A stretch of DNA of 64,000 nt from Chrysomallon squamiferum (GCA_012295275.1 CM022665.1:21886001-21950000); one strand, 5' to 3'. Counted from the first letter of the stretch, positions 42,434-55,620 are shown. The notes: generated from the sequence alone by a model not told the origin. Program-made: numbers and translations.

Positions 42434-42699
42434 ATTAATGATTCGCCGTTATTTTTCGTATAAAATAAAGGTTGTTGAACTTTCAACGATGCTGACAATT
42501 TCTTATTATATAAAACAGTAAAAGGCTGGTTATTTTCATCTTCCAATTCAACTACATTTTTAGCTACGGGAAACTTTGGAATTGTTCGAGATTTTTCTTT
42601 TAGATCTTCATTTTTAGATACAACAATTTTCTTCAAGAAAATGTCTTTTTTTTTTTTTTTTCAAACGTTATTATGTACTATAACAAGCAAACAAAAGCT

Positions 42700-43693
42700 T
42701 AAGTAAATAAAGACTTCAAAATTTTAAGTAAATATCGAAATTTCTTATTGCAGGAACTCCTCCAAAGTACAGCGTCAACGCACAGTTATGTTTGTCGTGA
42801 CCCGTTAGATTTATACGCTACTGACCATTGGCAACACAACCACATGCAGCACGTGCGCCATGAAGTAATCTGAGAAAAAGTCCGTAACTAATCTCAACGT
42901 TAAAATTTTAAGCAGGACAGAGAGAGAATTAATTGTACGGACTACATTTTATAATACTAATGCATTTATTACATACAGACGTAGTTATAAATAATATTAG
43001 GATGATTAATAGTAAATTAAATATTACGGAATCATGTGACGTCAGTTCAAATTTAAAATCAATCTTTCAAGTTTTATTGGTATTTTCTAAACAGCAATTA
43101 CATTTTTATTTAATAACTGAAAAATAAAAATGGTTTTATGACACACATATATACATAGTTACATAAAAAATAAATATTTTATAATTAATAAATTTTCTTT
43201 TCTTTTTTCACTTCAAAATTTTAATTTATCATTTTATTATTTATATTTTATTATATAATGTTTTAATTAATTTATTATTACTTTAAAAAAAAAAAAAAAA
43301 AAAAAAATTGAACAAGGTTTGTTAGCCAAGTTTTACAAACATGACACAGAAACATTTGTATAGGTATAAACCACATGATGCAGGATAGATTCTCATTTAA
43401 GGAAGTTTGCGCGTGTAAGCAAACATGCGCATTGCAAGTGTGACGTTCACGAAGTCGCTTCACAAGTAATATTCGTATAAAGTTATAAAATACGGGCTGT
43501 TCGGAAAAACGAAGATGTCAGCGTTTATCAACAAACGTATTTTACCGATTTAATAATATTCTTTTATTTATTTTGTTATTTTTAATTCATTTATTATTTT
43601 ATTTTATTTTTATGCCGCTCAGAACGACCTAGCAATCGTTATGATAGAACCCTGCCATAATTTAAAATAATAATAAAATTTACAAACTGTAAA

Positions 43694-43727
<34 letters not shown>

Positions 43728-44197
43728 CATGTTAACCTATGCTTAAGAGAGAAAAACAGTAATATGGCCAGTATATTTATTACACAAGATTCCCAGCCAC
43801 GGTATATATTTTTGTGCATATCATATAAAATTTGTAGCAATTTGTTTCTCTTTTTTCAGTTTCGTTTTTTCCCGCCATTTTGCTGTTACATTTTACAAAT
43901 GATAAACACTGAACTAAACATTGACAGAAATTTTTTATATTTAAACTATAAAAAAATTAATAAAATAGTTGATAGAGGTGGGGGGAATAATGAAAACAAA
44001 ACAACCAATAAAATAACTGACTGCTTTCATTTATATCAAATTTTAAAAGAGACGGCCTTTTAATGTTGAGAGTTACGAGCCCTTTACAAAGTGGCTCAAT
44101 GATTGCAGCTTGTATTAAATCCCTCCGCAAGCATTATTTGGAAACACGATTGTTGGGCTTAGTACAGTCAACTTTTGGTAGTGACATTACTGGTATC
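42700..44197. promoter_or_regulatory. Divergent promoter region between DNMT3 and APEX1
   Basis: CpG-retaining interval between two divergent start codons; E-box CACGTG 42850-42855, full CRE TGACGTCA 43037-43044, YY1-type CCGCCATTTTG 43872-43882. Confidence 0.6.
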
Positions 44198-47100
44198 ATG
44201 CCACCAAGGAAAGCGAAAACAGTAAGCTTCATATAGTTTCAGTTCATTTATTGCAGATATGTTTTTCGATTAAAACCAAATATACTATGTTACATTGTCG
44301 GTGGTGAATGGGGTCGGAGATGGGAGGTAGTGGGGGAATCTTCAGAATCTAATCTGTTTGCACAAAGAGATGATACCTTGTTACTTGTACACACTCACAG
44401 GGGCTTTATCCATAATTCAATCCGAGATACTGATATTGATAATGAAATACGATAATAATTTATGATACATATGAACATAAGTTAAAGTAGTTGTGGATTT
44501 TATTTTGAAAATACAAGATAATTTTTTAAATAATAATAATAATAATAATAAATCCAACAATAAACAAAAATGAGTTGTTAAAACTGTCTCTTATGCCATT
44601 GGTAATCTTACAGTTTGATCCGTGTTAACAGTTGTCACTTTTTAAGTTTTCTTCTTCTTCTTCTTCTTATTATTATTATTATTATTGTTTAACATTTTTA
44701 TTATTAGTTCAAAAATGCTAGTGCAGAAACAAAAAGTATGTAAACCCACTTTTGGTTGTTAAACTTGTCAAATTAACCAGATATTTAAACACTGAAGCAG
44801 GAAGCCATGTAAAAGCAACTTCAGAACCTGGGTAAATGCCAAAAAATTATTTCTAACTGAAACAAATCTAGTGGGCTGCACTAATCAATTTGTGGAGAAG
44901 TGCGTGGGCTTTTATTATATTTTATTTATTTTATTTTGTAAAAAGGGTCATAATTATAGTGTAGGCCTATAATATACATGTAGTTATAAATGAATATATT
45001 GTATTTTATTATATCACTGTCAGATTATATCTGATTCAGTATAAGACATGAATTACATGTACCTCAGTAGATTATTGAGTGAATTTTTGTCACCTTAAAG
45101 CTTTTAATTATACCGTAAATAACAGTTTTTAAGGTTATGTTGTAATATTAAATCAATTTTATTTTTTGATTTATTTTTTTAAAATTTTTTAATGTAATAT
45201 CCTGAATTGTAAGAAACCCAAATACACTAATTCTGTCTGTTTATAATGAATTTCTTTGTCTATATTTGAGTTATTTTCTTACAAATCAATAATTTTATTT
45301 ACTAATTATATTTATTATTTATATATATATATATATATATATATTGTATTTATATTATCTTTTTTAGACTGCTGGAAGCAAAAGGAAGGCCACAACAGCA
45401 GCTGAAGATGTGAGTACTCCATTCATATAATGGGGTTGTAAGGTTTTCTTTTAGATTTCTAATCACAAGATACTGGTAAACTCATATATTATTGCTGGCA
45501 CAGTTCTTCAAACATTTAATTCATTATCATATACCTAATAATTTTACTTGTAGTAATAGAGGTTACATATAGAATCATAGAAGAATGAAATAGGATTAAA
45601 ACTTTGTTTTCGTTTGATTAAGTTGGTCCTTTTACATGTTTTCCTGGCACAAATTTTAGGACAGTCACTGGTGATAAAATAATTAACTGTAATTTGTTTT
45701 GTTTGAATTATCATGGGTATATTGTTCAGTATTTTTTGCTTATTTGATTTTGTTTTTCTGGTAGAAATCTTCAAATAAGAAAGGCAAATCTGTTGCAGAC
45801 AATGAAGCAGATGTGAAAGAAATTGTGAGTTGTATTCATATGTTATTTGAAATATTAAACCAATGTAGACATGAAGTTCAAAGTCAATTACTATGTGACG
45901 AAGGGGGTGAAATTGGGAACTGATGAGCCATTTTAAAGATATTTGGCCATTTCACCCAAACCTTGATAGCTGAAAAATCATTGATGCTTATAGAGGCGTT
46001 ATCGCTCTTGATTACAATAGAGAATTTGATATGTTATCTTTGACAACATCATTATGGGAGACATTTACACAACAAGGTCCATGATGGCTCATCAGGCCTC
46101 AGGGTAAGGGACCAATGCGATACCCATTAGTCCTATGGGCCATGATCTTAGACAGTGAAACTAGCTAGAAATAACACACGTAAATCTTTTTTCAAAATTT
46201 CTGTCACAAATTTCATCTGTGATGCACATACTGTAATAAACTAGGCTGAATTACATTTTCAACACACTGACCTGTCTAGGGCATAGTATGCTATTGACTC
46301 AGTCTGCATGGTTTCAGTGTAGTTTCAAGAGTCCTAACTTAATGCTGAATTGTATTCAAGATTGAACGCATCAAAACTGCCTCTGAATTGTATGGTTTCC
46401 TTCTGCCATTTGGTAGTTTGCATAACAGGTTTAGCAAGGAATCCAAATCAAATCTGCCTTCACTGAGCTTATTTCTTTCTGGACAGGCTCAGTAAAGGCA
46501 TATGACATGATGTGCCTGGGAGATTTTCTGAGAAAATGGACTTCATAGTCCCCAGAGTCATCTTTTGGTTGTGTGATTACACTGATGTAATGAACAGTTC
46601 TCTTCATTAGTTCTGACCATAATGGTGTAAGTGTCATTATGACATACTGGCAAAACAATGTAATAGGTGAACGAACTAATGTCACTGGAACCAAAATGTT
46701 GTAAATGCAGTTACAACGTTTTGGCATTAACAAATATTCACTTACAACTATGTGGTTCTGACTGATATCTCAAAAAGTTATTATGCTACTAAGTCAATTC
46801 TTTGATATAAAAGAATATATATTACTGTACATGTATTGGTGGTAAAATGTTATTTTGGCCTAAAATACACTTAAGACCTTCTAGCTCTAACCCCTCGAAT
46901 TATGTATTATCACCTAAATATTAAACTGTAACCAAAACACAAAAAATTACCAAAAAAACCTACTTTTTAACTGATGTGTTGATAGGCTGCTCCAAAACAC
47001 TCTAAACAATATGGGTGAAAGTCACATGTATAGTAATTGCATTGATGGTGGTTAGAGGCACTACCATATTGCAGTCAGAAGTTTATGGAGTGGCTCATCA

Positions 47101-49095
47101 GTCCCCAGTTTCCCCATCACACTGAAATAATGTTAATTAGTATAAAATTTTATTATATTCTGAAAAATCCTTATAATTAGAATGATAGATTTACTAAATA
47201 AAATTAAAAATGCCATCTAGAAACTGTTTTTGAACTGTTCAGTCATTGTTACTTGTATATTGAATATTGGATATCAGTTGTGAAACAGTAACTCTTTATT
47301 AGAAAGAAAGAAATCATTTGCTGCCTTTAAAAAATTTAAGCACCGTAAGACTGTTATGAGATATTTAAATGAATACTTCCCAAGCTAAAAAGGCATAGAC
47401 CACAACTTTAGAAGTTAAATTTCTTAAGGGGTAAATAATCTGACATAAACACTAAAGTTACCTCTGTTGCACTTCTGATTTCATTTACAAAATAATTAAC
47501 TAACCTTTTTCTTTTGCAAATGTAGGAACCTCCAAAAAAGAGGGGAAGGAAGACCAAAGCAGCTGAATCAGAAGTGAGTCGTATATTTTATCCTCATGAT
47601 GTTTAAAAATGTTTCAATTCTTTAAATACACACATAAACACACATAAGTAATGATGTATCATGCTACTTGAAAATGAGAAACTATTCTATGTCGTTTGAT
47701 TTTCACCTGTGTAAAAATATCTGTATGTTCTGTTTATAAAACTTGGCTAATAACCCAAAATTTGAATAGTTAACAACATTAGCAGAACATTATAAACAGT
47801 CCTATTAACATTTTAATAAAACAGTTTTTCTTATTTCATTGGCTGAAATGCTTAATTATTATTTTTGCCTAGTAATATTTGCATGTTCATTTATTCTGCT
47901 TTGTGTTTTGTTTTCAAAAAAAAAAAAAAAACACACACAGGAAGCTGGAGGGGAAGGTATTGAAACTATGGTGAAAAATGAAAAAAAAGTACAGCCTCGA
48001 GTCTGTGTAGACAGTGCTGACTTGACTTCAGATGCTAAAACAAAAGATGATCGGAAGTGGAACATGAAAATTGCTTCCTGGAACATCAATGGAATTAGAG
48101 CCTGGCTGGATGTGAGAACTCTTAGTGAACAAATCTCACCTAATTAGGGATAATGTGGGATTGAAAACCTGACAAAACAAATAATTAGATGATATATATA
48201 TATATATATATATACACATATCTGAGACATCTGCAGTGAATAACATTTAAGCATCATGCATAAATTAAAAAATGAGGTTAATAATGGGATAAAATAAAAA
48301 CTGAATCAAACTGTCGGAGAAAACTGATGCTAAAATGCAGTAACTCGAAATTTTATGAAACTTGCAAGGCAAATTTATCTCACAGGAAAATTAATGTCAG
48401 TATTATCTAATCTGGGTTGTAGATGTTGTCTGTTACTCTTATGTTTAAAAGAAATAGTGTTCCATCTTGAAAATAATGTTGCAAATAATGAAGATTTCGA
48501 TATCAGAAAATCACTACAATTCCTTTATTAAATTAAAAAAAGAGGAAAGACTATTTTTTTAAAAATTTCAAGTGACAATATATATATATATTTTAATTCT
48601 TTAGAAATCAGCATGTATTATTAATATTTGTGTTTCAGAAAGGTGGACCATCTTACATAAAATCAGAAAACCCTGATATATTCTGTGTACAAGAAACAAA
48701 ATGCAACTCTGAGAAAATCCCAGAGGAATGCAAAATTGAGGGCTATCACACATACTGGACATCAGCTGATCAGGATGGCTATTCTGGTGTTGGCCTTTAC
48801 TGCAAGCAGAATCCAGTGAAAGTTGATTATGGCATAGGTTAGTTAAAACATTTTAATTTTCCAAAATGTTTATTTTTTGGTCTTGTAGTTCAATAGTTTT
48901 TATAATGCACTATATCCTGTTTTAAATAAATAAATAGTCTCTTCCAAAGAATATAGAATTATTTAATTAAAAACTTTTTTTTTTTTTTTTCTGCCACTGA
49001 ATATACCAAGCTCAACATTTTTTAGGGTACCTTTTGACAATTTACTGTTCCATGCTTACAGTCATAAAAAGCTGTGGTATGGGTCTTTGTAAGCA

Positions 49096-49136
<41 letters not shown>

Positions 49137-49546
49137 AATACAGACACAAATAAGGGTAGTCCATGCAGTGGTTGAGGTAGGTTTCATTTTATAATTGCCT
49201 TTTTACTTGAAATGAATGTTTTGATGCTTCGTACGTGTTGATGCTAAAATGTCTAATAGATATATTTTCTTTTTCCATTTTTAAATTTGTGTTATAATTA
49301 TTTTAAGGTGTATCTAAGCATGACAATGAAGGAAGAGTAATAACAGCTGAATTTGAAAAGTTCTTCATGGTAACTGCATGTAAGTAAGAACAGTTTTACA
49401 GAGAATACCATTACTTTCTACAGATATAATATATGCTCCATATTAACATTTTTGAAAAATTCCAATAGACTGAAAATTGTCAGTGTATTAATCTGTACCG
49501 AAATGAGTAAGTGGGTTTGAAAATAAACAAAATAAATAAATAAATA

Positions 49547-49592
<46 letters not shown>

Positions 49593-50721
49593 AATGGCAA
49601 AATATCTAAAGATAAAATCTTTTATTCATTGTCAACATTTTATTTAAATTTTTTAGGCATAAATAATATTAAAGTTTTTCCTTTGTTAATTTAATTCAGA
49701 TGTTCCAAATTCTGGCAGAGGTCTTCCTCGTCTTGATTACAGAACAAAGGAATGGGATGTTGATTTTACTGCATACATTAAAAAACTTGATGAGAAAAAG
49801 CCAGTTATCTTGTGTGGTGATTTGAATGTTGCACATTTAGAAATAGGTAGGCTTTCTCATAGTAGTAGTTTTAAACTGAATATTTAATTATATTTTCAAT
49901 TTTAAAACAATTATTGACATATCAGAAACCCATGGTATGAGCTGTTCTGTGTGGGAACAGATGATCCAGTGACAAAGTATTTGCACAAATTTTAATTTTT
50001 TAAAACTAATGAACTGAATGTGCTTTACTCAAATAAATTGCAGTTCATTAGTCTTGAATCTTTGCACACACACACATACACACATTTTTATAAAAAAATA
50101 ATACAAAATATATTTCAGATCTGAAAAATCCAAAAAATAACAAGAAAACTGCAGGTTTCACTAAAGAAGAACGTGAAGGGTTTGATAAATTGTTAGAAGC
50201 AGGATTTTTTGACTCATTCCGAGAGTTGTATCCTGATCAGGAAGGTGCTTACACGTTTTGGGCTTATTTCATGAACAACAGAGCAAAAGACGTTGGATGG
50301 TGAGATTTTTATTTTACATATATTTAATTTTGCTGTTAAATTGTTTTTGCACATAATCAAAAAAAAAAAAATGACATCATTTTTTTTCTAAATTAAATGT
50401 AGGGCATTTTATTTTTTGCACTAATTGGGAAACATGATGTAGCAAAAGCTATGTACATAGAAAAAAAAGTGTTTCCATATAAATTTCTTAATTAAAAAGA
50501 ATTAACACTATTTTTCAAGTGCATGTGATATTTGTAAATGTATTTATTCTTTCATTAGCTCATTCATTACTTTTGCATGTATTTGCAGGCGACTTGACTA
50601 CTTTGTCTTGTCTGAGAGACTGAAAAATGACTTGTGTGACAGCATCATTCGAAAAAAGGTCATGGGAAGTGATCACTGCCCAATTGTTTTGCTTCTGAAT
50701 ATGGAAAAAGCATCAGAATAA
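44198..50721 (+). CDS. APEX1: DNA-(apurinic/apyrimidinic site) endonuclease APE1 / ExoIII family, ~358 aa, 10 coding exons
   Basis: Exons 44198-44221, 45368-45409, 45765-45824, 47526-47573, 47941-48111, 48639-48837, 49308-49379, 49700-49846, 50119-50299, 50589-50721 join in frame (1077 nt). Motifs [72 protein letters not shown]. Confidence 0.95.
45891..47124 (-). mobile_element. Internally deleted DNA transposon (probably pogo-like), ~1.2 kb, in APEX1 intron 3
   Basis: Imperfect TIRs: left GTGACG..GGGTGAAATTGGGAACTGATGAGCCA, right (revcomp) GTGATGGGGAAACTGGGGACTGATGAGCCA; internal minus-strand fragment [38 protein letters not shown] resembles the C-terminal tail I associate with invertebrate pogo-type transposases (recall, not searched). 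Confidence 0.65.
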
Positions 50722-51357
50722 TTTTATGTTGACAACTTAAAGAACAGAATCTGTTCATTCAAAACAGCTTTGGATTTCTTTACATTTTAATACATGGTAT
50801 ATTAATTGTGTGGTATTTTTCTATAAGTGTTGAAGTAAAATGCTCTTTTGCCGCATTTTATAATTTACTAGAAAATCCATTTCCCAAATAATAATTTTAT
50901 ATGTATTACTAAATGTTAGTCCAAAACTGTGGTAAATTAAAATGTGTTTTAAATATATTTTTTATTATTTTTTCATGATAAAAAGATAATGGAAACAAAT
51001 TTTGTTAACTCTGGATTGACATGCTCATATCATTTTCATTCATATTTGTGCAACTTGTTTATCTTGTAACTGTCATTTCAAAAATACAGATTTCATCATC
51101 ATCTCTTTTTAAATATCATGTATGGAAACAATACTTTGGAAATAAATTTTTAACCTTTAAGATTTCATTTGTTGTTTAATTTTTTGTTCATCTAGTACTA
51201 TTTGGTATACAAAAAACAATTTTCTGTTTCTTCCCTTTTTTTTCTTTTTTTTTAAATTTTAAACTACTCGTTTTAGAATTTGTTGAGTTTGCACACTTCA
51301 AAATACCAGCATTTGTAATTTATAACATCTTAAGAATAAATTAATAGCAAATAGTTA

Positions 51358-51758
51358 TTAATTGTCCAACTCAATATTGATGTCTGGTAAAAGATGGCAT
51401 GATGCAATAATATTTGTTTTGTCTTCCAAGTGGAATAAATCATTTGTACAAAGACGCATGTTATGAGAGATATCCTAAAAAAAAAAAATAATAATTAAAA
51501 AAATAAGGATGCTGACAATAAGACACATTTTGTTTAATTTGCTACAATAATCATGGAACAACTTCACTGACCCAGGTTTTTCCTATTAAAATTTGGAGTC
51601 TAAAGCGGTTAATAAATATACTGTGGTACCTTGACTTATGAGTTTAATTCATTTTGTGACCAAGCTTGTATTTCAATTTCTTTGTATATTAAATCAATTT
51701 TCCTAACTGAAATTAACTGAAATACCATTAATCTGTTCCACCCCCACAAAAACCACCC

Positions 51759-51796
<38 letters not shown>

Positions 51797-54700
51797 GATT
51801 TTAAATAACAAAAATGTATTTATAAATGACAAATACTGTATAAAAACAAAATAAAAGAGAATGTAAAGAAATACATTGATTTTGTAAAGTGTATTTATCT
51901 TGGTGATCAGACAAATTATTTTAACGCCTTTGGCTGGACTTACAGCTTTTATCGACTCGTAAGTCAAGGTACCACTGTATTTTTAAAAAACACCTTTGCT
52001 TTAAAATATAAGAATTTAATGAAATTATTCATTTAAAGAACATACACTGCTTCACAGTGTTTAACAACATTATCTATCGATCTATATATAAGAAAACAGA
52101 TTCAGTAAATTACACAGAGCTGGTACATTACAGTACAAGGTCTATCAATTTTGAACATTTCACTTCTCCTGATTTATAAAGTTTAGAATGATAATTTTGA
52201 GCATTTTTACCTGAATAGCTCTGTGTGTTTTCAGAAGGTGCTGTGTAATGTTTTGCAGTTGCTTTGCTGAGGAAAAATAAGCCTGACTTCCAATTTCAAC
52301 CAGATGATTATGAAATGCAAGATTTTTCTCTCCTTCAGTTTGAAAAATAATAAAATGAATAAATAAAAAGTTTAAACATTAACTACCTTGCTACAAAATT
52401 CTTGTAATATAGTCTAGTCCATGCCAGTAAAATGCTGATCTCCTCAATTTGAAGCCAGATTTAATTTTTTTTTTTTTTTTTTTAAAGTTATATTGTAAAT
52501 CTGTTTCATATTTGAACACTAATGTAAATAATTAGTCAGCTGAGCATCCAAATAATAAATTATATTGCTAATATCACTTTAAGCATCATCAATTATTAAT
52601 GATTACTGTTTTTGCTGTGAGAGGAGGCATATAAGCTAGCAAATTTATATAATCAACAAACAAACAGAAATCAGATGTTTTACAAAATCTTAAGAAAAAT
52701 GCAAACCACATATATATTTGATAATATGACTAATACTCACGGAGTTTTCTGTGAAGTAATCTAAAATAAATTAATAAGTTAATAAATTTAAAAAATTAAA
52801 AATTAAAAAAACATTTAAACAAGAAAATAAAATTTACAAGCTTATCAAGGAAGTTTTGTTTTTAATTATATCATTTTAAATTACTCACAAAATTATATTA
52901 ACCCAGCTTAAAACTAATTTATGTTACTTTAGAAAACCTACACATTTTGGTCTAGTTTGTTACCATTACTGTGGTTATTAAAAGTATTTCCTTAAAGTTT
53001 ATCATTTTAAATTGCAGTTTAAAAACTCAGTATTTGATATAAAACTAACTTGCATAGCTTTAAAAAATACTTACGTATCATATTTTGGTCTGTTTGTTAC
53101 CATTCTTGTGGTTACTAATGTAGGAAGTTTTGATGGATCAATGGATAGGTCAGGTTCATGTTTCCCCATATCAACTGCAATAAAAAAAAAAGCATTAAAT
53201 TTTAGCCCAAGACAAATTTTTACCACTATTTTTACCATAATACATTACATACGGTGTTACATAATAAAGAAAAGACTTATTTTCACAAAATCTGAAATCT
53301 CAGTTGAAGGATCAATAACAATACTCATTTACATATTCCTTTATGACATAAGTTATGTAATATTACATTTATTAACCCTTTCTCTGTTAAATACAAACAG
53401 CTCCTGGCAAAAACAACAAAACTAGTAGGTGTGTTATTTCCCCAAAGATGGCAACACATACAATGATACATTGCTGATAGGATGTTTGGACGTCTTTAGG
53501 GTGTGTCTGCTTCTTGCAGCTTAACACTGGGTTTTTTCAGGATGTGGAGTAAATCCACTTTCTGCATTTAATGGTAATAAAATTTTGAGCGAACATATCT
53601 GATTATTTTAAGGATATGGTTAATAAAAATTAATGAATAGAGAAATTTCAAATTTTAAACATTAATATAAAATATTACAGAAAACAATTATAATTCTAAA
53701 ACAGATTTTTATTTAACTATCTATAGTATTTTAATTTTGTAAAAGGCTAATATTTATTAATGATTACCTTTCAGATATGGCATATCTTGTTTTTGCTCAG
53801 CACTTGTATCAGTTTCATCTTCCGATTCAGAATCTTCTCCTGAAATGACCACTGCCTGTAATGTACTGTCGTCCTGTGAAATATATTTTTTAACAGATAC
53901 TTAAAGGAATAAATACAATTATTTCTTGTAAGTGTTATTAGGACATAAAAATGAAATTGAATCAAAATTTACATCAGTTAAATAACCAATACAGGAACCA
54001 AACCATTTATCCGACTTCCAGAAATGCTGAAAATCCAGAAAACAAGACCTTTTTGAAAATGGCTATTTTTTAATTAAACATGTTTTCTTTTAGTTTTCAT
54101 GTGACAGTTTTGCTATATACAGATGATCCTCTCACAGTAACTTATTATTTGTTTCAGTTTTCTCTCAGTTTCATTTCTTATGATATCTAAAAGACTAGCA
54201 GAAACGCAACTTGCTAGTGGAAAGTGCATTCTGTACAAACATACCCTCTTTTGGACTGTATTAACTCTTATCTGTTAAATACAGTTTTGCTCTTTATTTT
54301 ATATTGTAAGTAATGTATTCAGAAATCCAGAAAACCTCCAGTGCCAAGCTTTCCAGATAAATGGTTAGTTATATATACATTAACCACAGCAACAAAAACA
54401 AAAATAATAATAAGTAAATAAAATTAAAAACATCTAATGAAAATAAAATGTACCTGAAGTTATATGAACAAAAAGTTTAATTATTTTCCATACTTTCAAT
54501 TTCTGTTTAACCGTTTATGATTAAATATATATATAACACATAATAAGCTTAACAGAATTCAAGAGGCTATATTTTTGTTATTCTGTAACATAATAATAAT
54601 AATAATAATAATAATAATATAAACAAATCCAGCAAAGTAAGAATTTTTTTTATTATCATGCTTAAAATTAATATTAGTGAAAATGTATTACGATTTTTTG

Positions 54701-55077
54701 TAAAACCAGAATCCTTAGATGTATATGGGACTTTAAAAATTGAAACCAACATTACCAAAATATTATATTATATCTAAATACTTTTTGGTATTGTTATATA
54801 CTGCAGTTATGTTTTCATTTCGACATCATTACACTGATTAACACTGAAAGCTTTAACATTAAATGATAATTTATAAATAATAAAGGGGCGTGCACTTAAA
54901 CATCCATTAAAGTCTACACTATTAAACATTAATTTGTTGATATTCAAAATCTGTTTTGATATCATTATATCTAGATAATTATTAAAATATTACTGGTAAG
55001 CATATGTCATTATCATCTTCATCGGATTCCGAATCTTCGCCTTGGACGACAGTTTGGTATTTGCGATGTTCTGTCAT
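51358..55077 (-). CDS. BLOC1S3: Biogenesis of lysosome-related organelles complex 1 subunit 3, ~182 aa, 6 coding exons
   Basis: Exons 55077-54994, 53873-53768, 53174-53075, 52760-52741, 52332-52211, 51474-51358 join in frame (549 nt). Two V-x-GEDSES-acidic repeats (compare VVPGEATETD / VAGEAAETD of BLOS3), then LLHRKLREKN and DISHNMRLCTNDLFHLEDKTNIIASCHLLPDI. Not visible in the ORF track. Confidence 0.88.
51621..51977. mobile_element. Tigger/pogo-type MITE, ~357 bp, in last BLOC1S3 intron
   Basis: TIRs C(T/A)GTGGTACCTTGACTTA(T/C)GAGT at both ends, each flanked by TA. Confidence 0.88.
53992..54374. mobile_element. Degenerate Tigger4/Zombi-like MITE in BLOC1S3 intron 1
   Basis: Inverted AACCATTTATC(C/T)G near both ends, internal direct repeat AAATCCAGAAAAC, right end CCAAGCTTTCCAGATAA similar in layout to Tigger4-type ends; exact boundaries uncertain. 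Confidence 0.5.
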
Positions 55078-55408
55078 TTCTGATTTCAACTTTTAACCGG
55101 ATCCAGAAAAGGTGCTGTTTTAGCGAATGGCTTACATATAAAATGTATTAAATATAATTATTTCAGACAAGAAATGAGCTCTCAGTATGCTGCATAGAAT
55201 GCCCTGATGTGTGAATATTATATTTTTTATAAATTAAATCGCATTTGTAGTCTGTTTGTTATTTTATCATTTATTTAAATACTTTTTATGTTATTTCACA
55301 AGTATCGAATTCGGCCCTAGCAGATAAATGGGGAGGGAGATCAAGAGTGAAACTAACAATTTAACAACAACGAGCTTCATATAATATAATAATTATATTC
55401 TGTGTTTA

Positions 55409-55446
<38 letters not shown>

Positions 55447-55620
55447 TTTCCGATGTTCGTGCATAGTCTATTGCACACGTAACAATATTAGGGCGCCCGA
55501 TATAAACCGTAAGATTTTCCCCTCGTGTTGTGACTTCCGTTTTTGTGAAAAAGTTGTTTTTCTTGGTTTTTATCCCGTCTAATTCATTTAATTTCATCTA
55601 AATTTGTAATTCAAATACAG
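55078..55620. promoter_or_regulatory. Compact bidirectional promoter, BLOC1S3 / SNIP1
   Basis: 543 bp between divergent ATGs, CpG-retaining, ETS-type ACTTCCG at 55533-55539. Confidence 0.6.

Noticed and set aside
53455-53575. Possible extra BLOC1S3 exon in intron 2
   Set aside because: In-frame stop in the required phase; flanking exons join correctly without it.
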